Position numbers and translations under genes: made by a program. From the human T2T-CHM13v2.0 reference genome, Homo sapiens, in NCBI RefSeq assembly GCF_009914755.1, contig NC_060944.1: 64,000 bases of DNA. One strand, written 5' to 3'. Of the stretch, positions 61,324 to 64,000 are shown one piece after another. How positions within the stretch are numbered: position 1 is the stretch's first letter; each line of letters opens with the position of its first letter. The notes beneath the pieces were generated by a model. It was not told where the DNA came from. It was given only the letters and a program-made list of their open reading frames with translations, and did no database searches.

Positions 61324-61812
61324 CTTGCGGTAATTTGCTGAGAATGATGGTTTCCAGCTTCACCCATGTCCCTACAAAGGACAGGAACTCAACCTTTTTT
61401 ATGGCTGCATAGTATTCCATGGTGTATATGTGCCACATTTTCTTAATCCAGTCTATCACTGTTGGACATTTGGCTTGGTTCCAAGTCTTTGCTATTGTGA
61501 ATAGTGCCGCAATAAACATACGTGTGCATCGCAAGGACAAAAAACCAAACACCGCATGTTCTCACTCATAGGTGGGAATTGAACAATGAGAACACTTGGA
61601 CACAGGAAGGGGAACATCACACACCGGGGCCTGTTGTGAGGTGGGGGGAGAGGGGAGGGATAGCATTAGGAGATATACCTAATGTTAAATGACGAGTTAA
61701 TGGGTGCAGCACACCAACATGGCACATGTATACCATATGTAACTAACCTGCACGTTGTGCACATGTACCCTAAAACTTAAAGTATAATAAAAAAAAAAAA
61801 ACTGAAAGAAAA
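61324..61812. mobile_element. Short 5'-inverted L1 (L1PA4/5-like): minus 61324-61529, plus 61528-61812
   Basis: Perfect 17-bp TSD aaaagattacaggagtc (61307-61323, 61813-61829); ORF2 C-terminal peptide on minus (61313..61552); 3'UTR, AATAAA and A tail on plus. Confidence 0.95.
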
Positions 61813-62275
61813 AAAAGATTACAGGAGTCAACCTCTGCTTAGATGAATGGAAATGAGGCTCCCTCCTTCCTTTCATCTCTCCATTAACTGGAAGGGCAGC
61901 AACAGGCTACCTCCAATGCCCTCACAGCCCAATCACACTGCACAAGCCTCCCACAACCATGGCACTGCCTCCCACCCCTCCACAGACTTGAGCCCGACCA
62001 CCTGACTGTGCAGCCTCTCACACTGGCGACCTTCCCTCCTCCCAAGCCTTGAGCCCCCTGGTCAGGCGTGACATTCTACTCTCCTGCCTTCCTCCCTTCC
62101 TCTCTCCATGCCCCTTCTCTCTCCAACTTGATCCTCCACTCCTACCTCCTGAAATCTGGCTGTCAGTAACCATAGTGAGTATAAAAGATAATAGTAACTA
62201 TGATTTAGTGGACAGTTATTATATATTTATTTATTTCATCTGATCTCAACTACTTATACAGCATTATTTTATGGA

Positions 62276-62617
62276 AGTGGTTCTCAAATGTTGTGGCCTC
62301 AGGACGCTTTTATAGGCTTAAAAAATTACTGAGGAGGCTCAAGAGCTTTTATTAACATCAATTATATCTACTGATAGTTACCATGTTAGAAATTAAAACT
62401 GTGAAAATTTTAAACAAAATGCACAGCCCACAGAGCCGTGACATCATCACACACCATGTAGTTTCTGGAAAATTTGACTGTACCTTCATGAGAGAATGAA
62501 AAAATGGAATATAACATCTTAGTAGTACTGTGAAAACAGTTCTGACGTTGTGAACCCCCTATAAAAGAGTCTCACTGATACCCAGTTGTCCCTGGACCAC
62601 ACTTGGAGAATCATTGT
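62276..62617. mobile_element. hAT-Charlie non-autonomous element
   Basis: Terminal inverted repeats agtggttctcaaa.gt.gtgg ... ccacacttggagaatcattg. Confidence 0.65.
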
Positions 62618-63634
62618 TTTACAAAACAGAACCTGAGCCTTAAAGAGGAAAATCAACTTGCCCAGTCACTCGGCTAGCCCACTGAAGAGCTCCAGCCTGA
62701 ACCCGGCTCATGCAGCACTGCTGTTACCCTTTCTCTTTCTGCTTTACCCTTCCTGAGAGACAGAATTCACTTCCACCACAGCAACTATCACCTTCCAGTG
62801 ACCCATCTGCAAATACGCATCCGCAGAGCTGATAACTCACCTGAGTTTCTACTGCCCGGAGTTCCCACCAGCACCCCAAAACAAATCAACAGACCAACAC
62901 GCCCTTCTACCCACCCCAACCCGCGTAGGGCCAGCATCACTGCCTTTGGGAAAGGTCATTCTTCCACTTAATAAGGCCCCAAGCCACTCAGAGTCATCTT
63001 TGACTCCCCACTTCTCTATGTCCTGCTGACTGGTCTTTAGAATGTCTCTTGCAACTGCAAAAAGCAGGATATAGAAGTGTGTACATGACGACGTTCCTAC
63101 ACAAACAGGAAAAAGACTAGGTGCAAACGCACCAAAAGTTTATGAGTAGTTAGCTCCAGATCGTGGGATTATGAGCAATTTGCGATTTGATTTCTTCGGT
63201 ATATTTTTCTGCATAACACATACGTTTCATAAGCATACATTATTTTCATAATCAGAAAATACAGTGATTGCTTCTTCAGGGCTTTGTTTATAAGTTTTGT
63301 CCCTTGCCTCTGCCTTTTCCAATTACAACCATGCCCAGAATCCAATCGCCATGGGTCATATTTCAGTTCTCTTTACTGTCTTCCTGCACTGGTTGTCAGC
63401 ACTCAGACAGACATCTTGAACCTCAGTCTTGCGTCACGGAGTGGTGGCAGGAAAGTCAGGGAGATAATAATGCATAAAAGGCACTTTGCACAGCCCTTGG
63501 CAAATGGTAAATAAAAGTTCACCATTACTGGTGCTAGTATTATTATTTCCCTACACTACTATTAGATGAAACTTCAGAAAACACTAATTGGCGAAAGACA
63601 GCCCTGTTTTAGAACCATCAGTAGCTCACAATGC

Positions 63635-63850
63635 CTAATAATATACCTGATATTTACAGAACGCTTACTTTTGGGCCCAGCACTGTACGAAATGCTACCT
63701 CATTAAATTACCATTCCAGCCCCACGAGGTGGGTCCTATGGAGATCTCCATTTTACAGATGAAGAAACTGAGGCACAGACATGTTCAATAAAGTGCCAAG
63801 GTATGGAGGTAGAAAGTAAAAGAGCTGGAATTCAAGCCTTTATTCAGACT
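63635..63850 (-). mobile_element. MIR
   Basis: CCATTTTACAGATGAaGAAACTGAGGCACAGA core, close to consensus. Confidence 0.8.
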
Positions 63851-64000
63851 TGCTGCACAAGAGAATTTTCCAGGATGGTGGATATATTTATATCTACATT
63901 ATTGAATATGTGTCTGTTGAGCATTTGAAATGTGCCTAATGCAATTAACTAAAATCCTTTTTTTATTTTATTTTATGTTAACTTAAATAGTCACATAGGT

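Overview
Primate genomic DNA, most likely human. The window holds coding exons 2-10 of the kinesin-3 gene KIF16B on the minus strand. Nine exons (70+114+117+98+110+143+169+132+176 = 1129 nt) splice in frame and encode almost the whole motor domain (P-loop GQTGSGKS, switch I NDVSSRSH, switch II DLAGSER) plus the neck. Exon 1 and the promoter lie beyond position 64000, so 25565-64000 is intron 1; exon numbering assumes the known KIF16B N-terminus. The rest is intronic and rich in transposons: about 24 Alu elements, a near-full-length L1PA7-like element with a ~1 kb ORF2 deletion, three 5'-inverted (twin-primed) L1s of different ages, MST/MLT/MER52 LTRs, hAT and Tigger MITEs, and old L1M/L2/MIR remnants. 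I see no RNA gene, CRISPR array or novel multi-gene system. The leads most worth checking are: a GC-AG intron after exon 2, with inverted Alu sequences on either side of that exon; an intact ORF0-like antisense ORF in the L1 5'UTR on the KIF16B strand, with a possible in-frame donor to exon 4; a candidate poison exon in intron 7; a young inverted L1PA2-like insertion; and several apparent template-switch palindromes. Repeat subfamily names come from recognising consensus sequences by eye and need RepeatMasker/Dfam confirmation.
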